Shown here in pieces: positions 49,320-58,871 of a DNA stretch of 64,000 nt. The notes beneath the pieces were generated by a model that was not told the origin of the DNA, did not search any database, and saw only the letters and a list, made by a program, of their open reading frames with translations. The translations under genes were made by a program, and so were the position numbers. Origin of the DNA: Burkholderiaceae bacterium. Lineage in GTDB: Bacteria > Pseudomonadota > Gammaproteobacteria > Burkholderiales > Burkholderiaceae. The DNA lies in NCBI GenBank assembly GCA_947452535.1, contig CANGCM010000002.1, positions 41,548 to 105,547 on the forward strand, read 5' to 3'. How positions within the stretch are numbered: the first letter of the stretch is position 1; the number at the start of each line of letters is the position of its first letter.

Positions 49320-50819
49320 TTGGAAGAAATTAGCGCTCTATTCAGCGGCTTTGCCGTTGCAATGACACCGTTCAACCTGCTATTAATGCTGGTAGGCGTC
49401 ACTCTTGGTGTGATTATTGGTGTATTACCAGGCTTAGGCGGCGCTAACGGAATTGCAATTTTATTGCCATTGACCTTCACTATGCCTCCAACATCTGCAA
49501 TCATCATGCTCTCCTGTATTTACTGGGGCGCATTATTTGGTGGTGCGATTACATCCATTCTATTTAACATTCCTGGAGAACCTTGGTCAGTTGCAACCAC
49601 TTTTGATGGTTACCCAATGGCACGAGAAGGTAAAGCTGGCGAGGCATTAACTGCAGCGTTTACATCTTCATTTGTTGGCGCATTCTTTGCGATTGTGATG
49701 ATTACTTTCCTGGCGCCCTTGGTCGCCAAGTTTGCCTTGCAATTTGGACCGCCTGAGTTTTTCTCGGTCTACCTCTTGACCTTCTGCAGCTTTGTGGGAA
49801 TGAATAAGGGGTCACCATTCAAGACAATCTCCGCCATGATGCTCGGCTTTGCCTTGGCGTCCGTTGGTATGGATACCGTCACTGGTCAATTGCGCTTGAC
49901 TTTTGGCAGTCATGAGTTGATGCGTGGTTTTGACTTCCTGATCGCGGTTATTGGTCTATTTGGTATTGGTGAGATTCTGTTGTCAATGGAAGAGGGTCTT
50001 GAATTTAAGGGCGCTGCTGCGAAGATTCGTCGTCAAGTGGTGTTGGAGACTTGGGCAAAGTTGCCCAGATACTGGGCCACTACATTACGCAGTTGCTTGA
50101 TTGGTTGCTGGATGGGTATCACTCCAGGCGGCGCAACTCCAGCTTCTTTCATGGCCTATGGCGTTGCTAAGCGCGTTTCTAGGAATGGTGAGAAATTCGG
50201 CAAAGGCGAGATGGAGGGTATTGTTGCTCCAGAAACTGCGGCTCATGCTGCTGGTACTGCTGCCTTACTACCCATGCTCTCCTTAGGTATCCCGGGGTCA
50301 CCAACTGCGGCTGTATTGCTTGGTGGCTTGTTGATCTGGGGTTTGCAACCAGGACCATTACTTTTCGTTGAGAAGCCAGATTTTGTTTGGGGTCTGATTG
50401 CTAGTATGTACTTAGGTAACTTGGCAGGCTTGTTTGTTGTTTTGACTTGCGTTCCCTTGTTTGCTTCCATCTTGAGAATCCCATTCTCGATTATTGCTCC
50501 AGTCATTATTGTGATTTGTGCGGTGGGTGCATATACCGTTCATAACGCCACTTTTGACATTTGGTTGATGATGGGCTTCGGGGTACTCGGCTATATCTTT
50601 AAGAAGCTTGACTATCCCATGGCGCCAATGGTCTTGGCCTTGGTATTGGGTGACCGCGCAGAAGATTCCTTCCGTCAGTCGATGTTGATGTCTCAAGGTA
50701 GTGTGGATATATTCTTCTCCAACTACTTAGTAGCTAGTATTAGTTCCCTTGCATTGCTATTGCTCTTCTGGCCGTTGATTGGAAAAGTGATTGCTAAGAA
50801 AAAGGTATCTGTCGCCTAA
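49320..50819 (+). CDS. tctA: Tripartite tricarboxylate transporter permease TctA
   Basis: GVLPGLG, SILFNIPG, DGYPMA, GIVAPETA, LGIPGS, GLQPGPLLF. TTG start with SD AAGGAG. Confidence 0.93.
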   Translation: MEEISALFSGFAVAMTPFNLLLMLVGVTLGVIIGVLPGLGGANGIAILLPLTFTMPPTSAIIMLSCIYWGALFGGAITSILFNIPGEPWSVATTFDGYPMAREGKAGEALTAAFTSSFVGAFFAIVMITFLAPLVAKFALQFGPPEFFSVYLLTFCSFVGMNKGSPFKTISAMMLGFALASVGMDTVTGQLRLTFGSHELMRGFDFLIAVIGLFGIGEILLSMEEGLEFKGAAAKIRRQVVLETWAKLPRYWATTLRSCLIGCWMGITPGGATPASFMAYGVAKRVSRNGEKFGKGEMEGIVAPETAAHAAGTAALLPMLSLGIPGSPTAAVLLGGLLIWGLQPGPLLFVEKPDFVWGLIASMYLGNLAGLFVVLTCVPLFASILRIPFSIIAPVIIVICAVGAYTVHNATFDIWLMMGFGVLGYIFKKLDYPMAPMVLALVLGDRAEDSFRQSMLMSQGSVDIFFSNYLVASISSLALLLLFWPLIGKVIAKKKVSVA

Positions 50820-50861
50820 AACGAATTAGCAGATAGCCCAAAACGAAGATTGGGCAAAGAG

Positions 50862-50889
50862 AAGGGGGCGTAAGCCCCCTTGTTCTATT
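50862..50889 (+). terminator. Intrinsic terminator after tctA
   Basis: AAGGGGGC-GTAA-GCCCCCTT followed by GTTCTATT. Confidence 0.75.
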
Positions 50890-50933
50890 GAGGCGGAACG
50901 ATTTGCCACAAACTCCGATAAAATCTCTCCATC

Positions 50934-51305
50934 ATGAATTTCCGCAAAAACCGCGTCATTCACTGGATTGCCTCACTGGCAATCGCTATGAGTGCACTTG
51001 CGCCAGCAATGTCTCAAGCAGTATCGTTCACGAAACACGGCCAAGGTTTTGCGATGGAGATTTGTTCCGCTAGTGGTAATAAGGCCGAAGTCAATATTCA
51101 GATGGATGACCAAGTCATAGCGGATCAAGTGCAGCCTTGCCCATACTGCCTTGCTCAAAATAGCATCACTCCAGCCTTAAATACCAGTCTCACGTTCCAG
51201 GCGCCGCAAAATCTTGCTTTGCTACCAAAACTTTTTTATCAATCACCCAAGCCAATCGCTGTTTGGGTAACGCCTCCCTCGGCAGCGCCTCCCACTAAAA
51301 CCTGA
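50934..51305 (+). CDS. DUF2946-family protein (CruR/CutF-like copper-responsive leader)
   Basis: N-terminal signal/TM segment with LAP, EICS, CPYC, proline-rich C-terminus PPSAAPP. Upstream of a copper chaperone. Confidence 0.8.
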   Translation: MNFRKNRVIHWIASLAIAMSALAPAMSQAVSFTKHGQGFAMEICSASGNKAEVNIQMDDQVIADQVQPCPYCLAQNSITPALNTSLTFQAPQNLALLPKLFYQSPKPIAVWVTPPSAAPPTKT

Positions 51306-51378
51306 GTTTTTTTAGGTCACGGTTTGAAGCCGTGTGTTGAGTAAGTTGCTTGCTCAAATTTGAGGGGGAAATAGGATC

Positions 51379-51792
51379 TTGAAAAAATTATTCAAAGTAT
51401 TAGTACTGGCATTTGTATTCGCAGCATCACCATGGGCACTCTCTGCCGCAAATGATCCGTTATTTATCAATTTATCTACCGATGAGATTAATCGTTCTTC
51501 AATGGCGATCAACTTTGCTAAGCATCATTTTTCCACTGGTCATCCGCTAACTATTTTCTTAAATGACAAGGCGGTGATCTTGGGTGTGAAGGCTGGGTCC
51601 ACTAAACATGCCGAGCAGCAACAAGCTTTATCTGAAGTAATTAGTGCTGGAGCTTTAGTCATCATGTGCCCCATGTGCTTAAAGCAAGCAGGTTATTCCG
51701 AATCTGATCTTATTACCGGGATAAAGCTGGGTGGTCCCAAGCTTACGGGCGATGCTCTTTTTAAGGATGGTACTAAGACCATGAGCTGGTAG
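51379..51792 (+). CDS. Secreted DsrE/DsrF-like protein with CxxC
   Basis: Signal peptide, LFINL, LTIFLNDKAV, CPMC, DLI.G pattern of the DsrE fold. Confidence 0.65.
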   Translation: MKKLFKVLVLAFVFAASPWALSAANDPLFINLSTDEINRSSMAINFAKHHFSTGHPLTIFLNDKAVILGVKAGSTKHAEQQQALSEVISAGALVIMCPMCLKQAGYSESDLITGIKLGGPKLTGDALFKDGTKTMSW

Positions 51793-51885
51793 CAATGCAA
51801 TTTTATTTGCACCAATAAGTAGACGTACGTTTAAAAAGAACCCGAGAATTTATCGGGATTTAAGTTTAACTAGGGAGATGTACGA

Positions 51886-52362
51886 ATGAAGCGCAACACA
51901 TTATTTAATGCACTATTCATATCAGTAGTAGGCTTTAGTTTTGCCGGCATAGCTCAGGCTCAAAATGCTAAAGTGGGAAGCGTTCAGATTGAAAATGCCT
52001 ACACTCGATCTACTGTTCCGGGTCAAATGGCTGCTGGTGGCTTTATGAAGATTGAAAACACAGGTGCTACCGATCAGTTGATTTCTGCAAGCTCTCCCGT
52101 TGCTGGTGAAGTGCAATTACATGAAATGGCCATGGAGGGCAATGTCATGAAGATGCGTCAAGTCAAAGAGGTGGTAGTGCCCGCAGGTGGTGCTGTTGAG
52201 TTAAAGCCAGGCGGTATGCATTTGATGTTCATGAACATTAAGGCACCACTGGCTGCTGGTGAGACTGTACCAGTCAAACTGAAGTTTGCTAAAGCAGGTG
52301 AGGTTGAAGTGAAGTTTCCAGTTAATGCAATGGGCACTCAAGGTGGAGCAATGAAACACTAA
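51886..52362 (+). CDS. Periplasmic copper chaperone PCu(A)C
   Basis: Signal peptide and HEM..EGNVMKM...LKPGGMHLM copper-binding motif. Confidence 0.92.
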   Translation: MKRNTLFNALFISVVGFSFAGIAQAQNAKVGSVQIENAYTRSTVPGQMAAGGFMKIENTGATDQLISASSPVAGEVQLHEMAMEGNVMKMRQVKEVVVPAGGAVELKPGGMHLMFMNIKAPLAAGETVPVKLKFAKAGEVEVKFPVNAMGTQGGAMKH

Positions 52363-52396
52363 GTGCCTACCTAGAATGCATCTGACTTGATTGTTA

Positions 52397-52432
52397 AAAA
52401 AGCCCCTAGTTTTACTTAGGAGCTTTTATTTT
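52397..52432. terminator. Probable bidirectional terminator between PCu(A)C and ilvD
   Basis: AAAAGCCCCTA-N8-TAGGAGCTTTT, imperfect stem flanked by A and T runs. Confidence 0.6.
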
Positions 52433-52457
52433 GATGCTCAGGATTTATTACTTGCGA

Positions 52458-54146
52458 TTAATCTAAATTCAGATCCGTTACCGCACCTTTACTTGCGCTA
52501 CTTGCAAGATAGGCATATTTAGCTAGCAAGCCGCGGGTGTAGCGAGGCTTAGGTTGAACCCAGACAGCACGACGCTTAGCAATCTCTTCATCGCTCACAT
52601 TGAGTTGAATCAGAAGCTTGTGGGCATCGATTGTCACGGAGTCGCCTTCATGAATGAGGGCAATCACGCCACCCACAAAAGCCTCAGGTGCAACGTGACC
52701 AACCACCATCCCCCAAGTACCACCAGAGAAGCGGCCGTCTGTGATGAGGCCTACTGTCTCGCCTAGACCTTGGCCAACTAAGGCAGAGGTAGGGGAAAGC
52801 ATCTCACGCATGCCAGGACCGCCTTTAGGGCCCTCGTAGCGAATGACCATGACGTCGCCGTCTTTGATCTTTTGCGCCATGATTGCAGCCATCGCATCAT
52901 CTTCAGAATCAAATACTCGGGCAGGCCCGGTAATCGATGGGTTCTTGAGACCAGTAATCTTGGCGACGCAACCCTCAGGAGAGATGTTGCCTTTGAGGAT
53001 GGCTAAGTGACCTTGCTTGTACATCGGATTATCTAGAGTACGAATGACCTTTTGATCTGCACGTGGGACTGATGGAACATCTTTTAATGTTTCAGCAATC
53101 GTTTTGCCCGTAATCGTCATGCAGTCACCATGCAGGAGGCCGCCATCCAGCAAAATCTTCATGACTTGTGGAATGCCGCCAGCTTGATGTAGATCGGTTG
53201 CTAAATATTGGCCGGATGGCTTCATATCCGCAATAACAGGGACGCGTTTACGAATACGCTCGAAGTCATCAATGGTCCAATCGATCTCAGCAGCGCTGGT
53301 GATTGCCAAGTAATGCAGAACGGCGTTGGTAGATCCGCCCACTGCCATGATGACACTCACTGCATTCTCAATCGATTTTTTGGTGATGATGTCACGGGGA
53401 CGTAAATTGTTCTTAATTGCTTCAACCAAAACAATTGCAGACTCATGCGCGCTAGCTACTTTTTCCGCATCTTCATTTGACATCGTGGATGAGTAAGGTA
53501 GGCTCATGCCAAGTGCTTCAAACGAAGAGCTCATGGTATTGGCGGTATACATGCCACCGCAAGAGCCACTGCCTGGACAGGCATTTTGTTCTACACCTTT
53601 AAGATCTACTTCAGTCATGCGCCCTGAGGTAAATTCACCAACAGCCTCAAAAGCGGAAACAATATTCAAGTCCTTACCTTTGTAGTGGCCTGGCTTAATC
53701 GTTCCACCGTAAACATAAATACTCGGCACGTTTGTGCGCGCCATTGCCATCATGCCGCCTGGCATATTTTTATCGCAACCGCCAATCACGACAACACCGT
53801 CTTGCCATAAACCATTGACGCAAGTTTCAATGCTGTCAGCAATGACTTCACGGGAGATGAGGGAATATTTCATGCCCTCAGTACCCATACCGATACCATC
53901 AGATACTGTTGGAACTCCAAATACTTGCGATTTAGCGCCGGCCTCCTCTAGGGCGATTACCGCAGCATCTGACAGCTTCTGTAATCCGCTATTACAAGGG
54001 GTAATTGTGGAGTGACCATTTGCCACGCCGACCATCGGCTTAACGAAATCCTTCTCTTGGTAGCCCATCGCGTAATACATTGAGCGATTGGGCGCTCGAG
54101 CAACCCCTTCGGTGACATTGCGAGAGCGTTCATTGAGGCGTTTCAT
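52458..54146 (-). CDS. ilvD: Dihydroxy-acid dehydratase
   Basis: [50 protein letters not shown]. Confidence 0.96.
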   Translation of the reverse strand: MKRLNERSRNVTEGVARAPNRSMYYAMGYQEKDFVKPMVGVANGHSTITPCNSGLQKLSDAAVIALEEAGAKSQVFGVPTVSDGIGMGTEGMKYSLISREVIADSIETCVNGLWQDGVVVIGGCDKNMPGGMMAMARTNVPSIYVYGGTIKPGHYKGKDLNIVSAFEAVGEFTSGRMTEVDLKGVEQNACPGSGSCGGMYTANTMSSSFEALGMSLPYSSTMSNEDAEKVASAHESAIVLVEAIKNNLRPRDIITKKSIENAVSVIMAVGGSTNAVLHYLAITSAAEIDWTIDDFERIRKRVPVIADMKPSGQYLATDLHQAGGIPQVMKILLDGGLLHGDCMTITGKTIAETLKDVPSVPRADQKVIRTLDNPMYKQGHLAILKGNISPEGCVAKITGLKNPSITGPARVFDSEDDAMAAIMAQKIKDGDVMVIRYEGPKGGPGMREMLSPTSALVGQGLGETVGLITDGRFSGGTWGMVVGHVAPEAFVGGVIALIHEGDSVTIDAHKLLIQLNVSDEEIAKRRAVWVQPKPRYTRGLLAKYAYLASSASKGAVTDLNLD

Positions 54147-54240
54147 ACAGATATTGACTCCAGAAAAGAATTTGTCGAAAAGCTCTATTGTGCCGTGAGA
54201 AAAGGGGTAATGCAGGGGTTTATGCGACTAATGCCCTAAT

Positions 54241-54263
54241 ATATTGACGCACTGCAACAATAT
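54241..54263. promoter_or_regulatory. Imperfect palindrome ATATTG-ACGCA-C-TGCAA-CAATAT (candidate regulator site)
   Basis: Dyad symmetry in the ilvD / response-regulator divergent region. Confidence 0.45.
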
Positions 54264-54372
54264 TATTTCTATTGTAATTAAAAATTAAATCGGATTATTA
54301 GCTCAAAAGCTAATATCCTTCGTAATAAAGCTACAGTACATTCTGAGATTAATTACTTTTCCTTTAAATTCA

Positions 54373-55023
54373 ATGACTAAAGCTGGCCACATCTATCTAG
54401 TTGACGACGATGAGTCGATGCGAACCTCTTTGGTTCGGATGCTAAGAGATATTGGTTATATTGTTGAGGACTTTTCCTCAGCAGCCGCATTTTTAGAGCA
54501 TTCTCTTCCCGTAGCGCCGGCGGTGATCTTGCTAGATATGCAAATGCCGGATCTAACAGGCCTGGATTTACAGGAAAAATTAATCAAGTTAGGTCGCAAA
54601 ACCCCAATTGTGTTTGTGAGTGGACAGAGCCATCCCCATCAGATCGTCAAAAGCCTGAAGCAGGGTGCTGTTGATTTTCTTTTCAAACCTTTCAATTTGG
54701 ACGATCTATTGAAGGCTATTGCTGATGCGATTGAGCTTGACAGACGTCAGCTCAAGCGTATTTCGAAAGAGGTGGAGGTTAAGCAAGACTATGCCACCTT
54801 AACACCTAGAGAGAAGGAAGTCTGCTTCTGGTTAGTCAAGGGATTGCTCAATAAAGATATTGCTGTCAAACTGGGTACGACTGATGCCACGATTAAGGTA
54901 CATAAAGCGAGAGTCATGGATAAGATGAATGTCGAATCTGTTCAGGTATTGGTTGCCAAGTACCTTGAATCCAATCTTGAAAATCACCACAACAATAAGC
55001 ACTTGAGCACATTTTCCGGATGA
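54373..55023 (+). CDS. FixJ/LuxR-family response regulator (no adjacent kinase)
   Basis: LVDDD, LLDMQMP (phospho-acceptor Asp), FLFKP, LTPRE...GLLNKDIA..LG...TIKVHKARVM. Confidence 0.92.
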   Translation: MTKAGHIYLVDDDESMRTSLVRMLRDIGYIVEDFSSAAAFLEHSLPVAPAVILLDMQMPDLTGLDLQEKLIKLGRKTPIVFVSGQSHPHQIVKSLKQGAVDFLFKPFNLDDLLKAIADAIELDRRQLKRISKEVEVKQDYATLTPREKEVCFWLVKGLLNKDIAVKLGTTDATIKVHKARVMDKMNVESVQVLVAKYLESNLENHHNNKHLSTFSG

Positions 55024-55038
55024 TCTGTAGACGCTATT

Positions 55039-56076
55039 GTGAACGCTAATTCAAAACTTCCTGAGATTTGCAATGAAGTCTTTACAAAGGCTCGGGAGAA
55101 GCTCGGTCTTAGCACCAAGGAACTCGGCAGCTTAGCTTGCCTATCGACTCGGCAGATTGAGCAAATTGAAAATGGCGAGACAAACTCGTTTTATAGCGCT
55201 CAAATTAAAGTCACTGCAGCTAAAAAGGTAGCAAAACTTCTCAACTTGAGTGATGAAGAGGCATTTGACTTTAGCTCTCAGGCTCCAAAAAAGATGAGTG
55301 TAGCCTCAGTTGAATTACCGATTGCAGAGATTAAATCAACACCAGCCCTAAAGGCTAAAGATCTTAAAATTGCAGAAGAAAAAAAAGAGCCCGTTAAAAA
55401 AGCCCAGCCCAAAGAGGTTCAAGTCAAAGCCGTTTCCTCAATTGAGATGACTACCAAACAAAAGGCTCCATCACAAAAGAAATTATTTCTTTGGGGTAGC
55501 GTGGGTGCAGCAGCGGTATTTGCCGTGATTAATTTACGACCATTATTTTTCGCTGATAAGCCAGAAGAAATTTCCCTCGTAAAAGAAGAGCTTGTTGAGC
55601 CCGCTCCAGCGGCGGCCTCAACACCTATTGAGTCAGCATCTGCTCCAACGCCAACGCCAACGCCAACGCCAACGACAGTCCCCTTAGCTGCCTCAACCCT
55701 TGCGAATGCAGGCGTTGCAACAACTGCTAACCCTTCCTCAGGGGCTTGTCCCGCAGAGGAGGGCATCATTAGCTTTAAACCAGAGGCGCCACGTAAGGTA
55801 GCGGATATGGTGTTTGTTCAGACTAAAGCTCAGCAGGTAATTTGTGTCATTGATGCCTCTGGCAAGACTCAGAATAAGCTGGTTGAGCCTGGAGTAGGAG
55901 CATCTTTTTATGGTAAGCCGCCATTTAAGGTGCTGACAGCTGGGTTAAATCAGGTGGATGTATTTTTCCAAGGTGCAAAAGTGCGCTTATCAAATCTCAA
56001 TACCAAAACATTGATTTTGGAAGCTTCTGAAGTGCTTATTCCGACTGCGGATCGGTCAGACTCTCAGCTACGCTAA
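55039..56076 (+). CDS. RodZ-like protein (N-terminal HTH, single TM, Pro/Ala linker, C-terminal DUF4115-like domain)
   Basis: AREKLGLS..ELG.LACLSTRQIEQIENG, TM segment LFLWGSVGAAAVFAVI, C-terminal GKPPFKVL. Confidence 0.65.
   Translation: MNANSKLPEICNEVFTKAREKLGLSTKELGSLACLSTRQIEQIENGETNSFYSAQIKVTAAKKVAKLLNLSDEEAFDFSSQAPKKMSVASVELPIAEIKSTPALKAKDLKIAEEKKEPVKKAQPKEVQVKAVSSIEMTTKQKAPSQKKLFLWGSVGAAAVFAVINLRPLFFADKPEEISLVKEELVEPAPAAASTPIESASAPTPTPTPTPTTVPLAASTLANAGVATTANPSSGACPAEEGIISFKPEAPRKVADMVFVQTKAQQVICVIDASGKTQNKLVEPGVGASFYGKPPFKVLTAGLNQVDVFFQGAKVRLSNLNTKTLILEASEVLIPTADRSDSQLR
55645..55674 (+). repeat. Perfect (CCAACG)5 in-frame microsatellite encoding (Pro-Thr)5
   Basis: Five exact hexamer copies. 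Confidence 0.92.
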
Positions 56077-56110
56077 CCCTTGCGAGAGTTAGCGCATTGG
56101 GTGTTAACTC

Positions 56111-56458
<348 letters not shown>

Positions 56459-56500
56459 TTAATACAGTAATCATACCTAGAACTGAAAGCAAATGCCCGG

Positions 56501-58120
56501 TTACGCTCTAAATTGAGAGGTGATGGGATAACGCCAGTCGCGTCCAAAGGCTCGTGTGGTTACGCGGACACCAGGAGGTGCCTGGCGACGTTTGTATTCG
56601 TTCAGTTTAATCAGGCGAGTGACCTTTTCAACGCTCTCCGGCTCAAAACCAGCGGCAATGATTTGGGCGATAGATTGGTTTTGCTCCATATAGCGCTCAA
56701 CGATACCGTCTAGCACTTCATATGAGGGCAGGCTATCTTGGTCAGTTTGATCTGGGCGTAGCTCAGCAGAAGGGGCGCGCGTCAAAATCCGCTCCGGAAT
56801 AATTGGGGCTAGCATATTGCGATAGGCGCAAAGGCGATAGACCAAAGTCTTGGCGATATCCTTGATGACGGCAAAGCCACCAGCCATATCACCATATAAG
56901 GTGCAGTAGCCCACGGCCATTTCACTTTTATTTCCTGTTGTTAGTACAAGACGCCCCGTTTTATTGGAGAGCGCCATCAGGAGAGTGCCACGTACCCGGG
57001 CCTGAATATTCTCTTCGGTAGCATCGAGTTTCAGGCCTTTAAATTGCTCGGCCAAGGCATGCTCTAAAGCATCAACAGGTTCGCTAATGGGAATCTCATC
57101 GTATTGCACCTGAAGATTGTTGGCCATTTCTCGGGCATCAAGCCAAGAAATATCAGCGGTGTACCGTGATGCCATCATGACTGTACGAACTTTATCGGCA
57201 CCTAAGGCATCTACTGCAATTGCTAGCACCAATGCAGAATCAACGCCTCCAGAGAGACCGATAATGACTCCAGGGAAGTGGTTTTTTTGAACGTAGTCAC
57301 GCACACCTAAAACCAGCGCTTGATAAGCCTGGGCTTCGACGCTACTAGGTTTTACAAGCGATCCTGGATCTAAGTCACAGGACGCATTGATATGGACAAA
57401 GCCTAGATCAGTTTCAAACTGAGACATGGTCATGACTACTTTACCGGTGCTATCTAAAGCAAAAGAGCCACCGTCAAAGACAAGCTCATCTTGACCACCT
57501 ACCGCGTTCACATAAATCAGCGGCATCTTCGTTAATGCAATCTGTTTACGTAGAACATCGATGCGTAAGGATTCTTTTTGGAGGTGGTATGGGGAGGCAT
57601 TTAAGACAAGCAATACTTGAGCACCAGCGGCATGAGCCTGTTTGGCAGGGCCTGCATGCCAGGCATCTTCACAAAGAATCAGTCCGTATCGGATGCCTGC
57701 ATTTTCAAATACGCAGGCTTGCTTACCTGGCGTGAAATAGCGTACTTCATCAAATACTTCATGATTAGGTAATTCTTGTTTTGCGTAGCTAGCAAGTACC
57801 TTGCCATCTTGAATGACCGAGGCATAGTTTTGTAAACCAGCAGCAGTCTTTTTGGGGTGACCAACAATCACAATCAAACCAGGAAATTTCTGGAGCTCAA
57901 TCATGAGGGAGCTAAGCTCACGATCTGCAGCCTCAATAAAAGCAGGGCGCAAGAGCAAATCTTCCGGCGGGTAACCGGTGAGCGAGAGCTCTGGCGTGAT
58001 AACTAGTGAAGCACCCTGGGCATAGGCATCGGCTGCAGCTTGAGAGATCAGCCGCGCGTTGCCAGGCAAATCACCCAATAGAGGGTTGATTTGCGCTAGG
58101 GCGATTTTCTGTGCATTCAC
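56501..58120 (-). CDS. nadE: Glutamine-dependent NAD+ synthetase
   Basis: CN-hydrolase domain (PELSLTGYPPEDL, K..LPN..VFDE.RYF, ICED) and synthetase motifs GLSGGVDS, ENIQAR, TGNKSE, PSAEL. Confidence 0.96.
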   Translation of the reverse strand: MNAQKIALAQINPLLGDLPGNARLISQAAADAYAQGASLVITPELSLTGYPPEDLLLRPAFIEAADRELSSLMIELQKFPGLIVIVGHPKKTAAGLQNYASVIQDGKVLASYAKQELPNHEVFDEVRYFTPGKQACVFENAGIRYGLILCEDAWHAGPAKQAHAAGAQVLLVLNASPYHLQKESLRIDVLRKQIALTKMPLIYVNAVGGQDELVFDGGSFALDSTGKVVMTMSQFETDLGFVHINASCDLDPGSLVKPSSVEAQAYQALVLGVRDYVQKNHFPGVIIGLSGGVDSALVLAIAVDALGADKVRTVMMASRYTADISWLDAREMANNLQVQYDEIPISEPVDALEHALAEQFKGLKLDATEENIQARVRGTLLMALSNKTGRLVLTTGNKSEMAVGYCTLYGDMAGGFAVIKDIAKTLVYRLCAYRNMLAPIIPERILTRAPSAELRPDQTDQDSLPSYEVLDGIVERYMEQNQSIAQIIAAGFEPESVEKVTRLIKLNEYKRRQAPPGVRVTTRAFGRDWRYPITSQFRA

Positions 58121-58164
58121 TTTGAATTACAAAGCCTTTACTGGTAATGAGGTCAGCAAAAAAA

Positions 58165-58701
58165 TTATTGATGTTCTTTGTTGTAACGCTCAATACCCTC
58201 CAATATTTCCTGATGAGCATCTGCAACTCCACCCCAGCCCTTTACTTTGACCCATTTACCTGGCTCGAGATCTTTATAGTGCTCGAAGAAGTGTTGTATT
58301 TGGTTGAGGCGTAATGGATTCATATCTTCTGGTTTTTGCCAGTGTGTATAAATCGATAAAATCTTATCTTCTGGAACGGCTAATAATTTAGAGTCTTGTC
58401 CAGCTTCATCTTCCATTTGGAGTAAGCCAATAGCACGACAACTGACAACCACTCCTGGAATGAGTGGAAATGGAGTGACTACGAGAACGTCAACGGGATC
58501 ACCGTCACCAGCAATCGTTTTATTGATGTAACCATAATTACATGGATAGTGCATTGCAGTACCCATAAATCGGTCAACAAAAATAGCGCCACTCTCTTTA
58601 TCCACTTCGTACTTCACTGGATCAGCATTCATTGGAATTTCAATAATGACATTGAAGTTTTCAGGGATCTTTTTACCTGGCTTGACCTTGTCGAGACTCA
58701 T
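58165..58701 (-). CDS. ppa: Soluble inorganic pyrophosphatase (family I)
   Basis: [37 protein letters not shown]. Confidence 0.96.
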   Translation of the reverse strand: MSLDKVKPGKKIPENFNVIIEIPMNADPVKYEVDKESGAIFVDRFMGTAMHYPCNYGYINKTIAGDGDPVDVLVVTPFPLIPGVVVSCRAIGLLQMEDEAGQDSKLLAVPEDKILSIYTHWQKPEDMNPLRLNQIQHFFEHYKDLEPGKWVKVKGWGGVADAHQEILEGIERYNKEHQ

Positions 58702-58871
58702 ACATACTCCGAATAATTATAAGTAAATACCCTGATCCCATGAAGAGGGCGCAGGGGCGATTCTGTTACATACTGTTAAAGCTTAAAGACCATAGTTTAA
58801 AGCTTTCAGAAACTGGGTCTACCTAAGCGCTGGATATAAAACAATAAAGATCAACTTTAGGGAGTTCAAGC

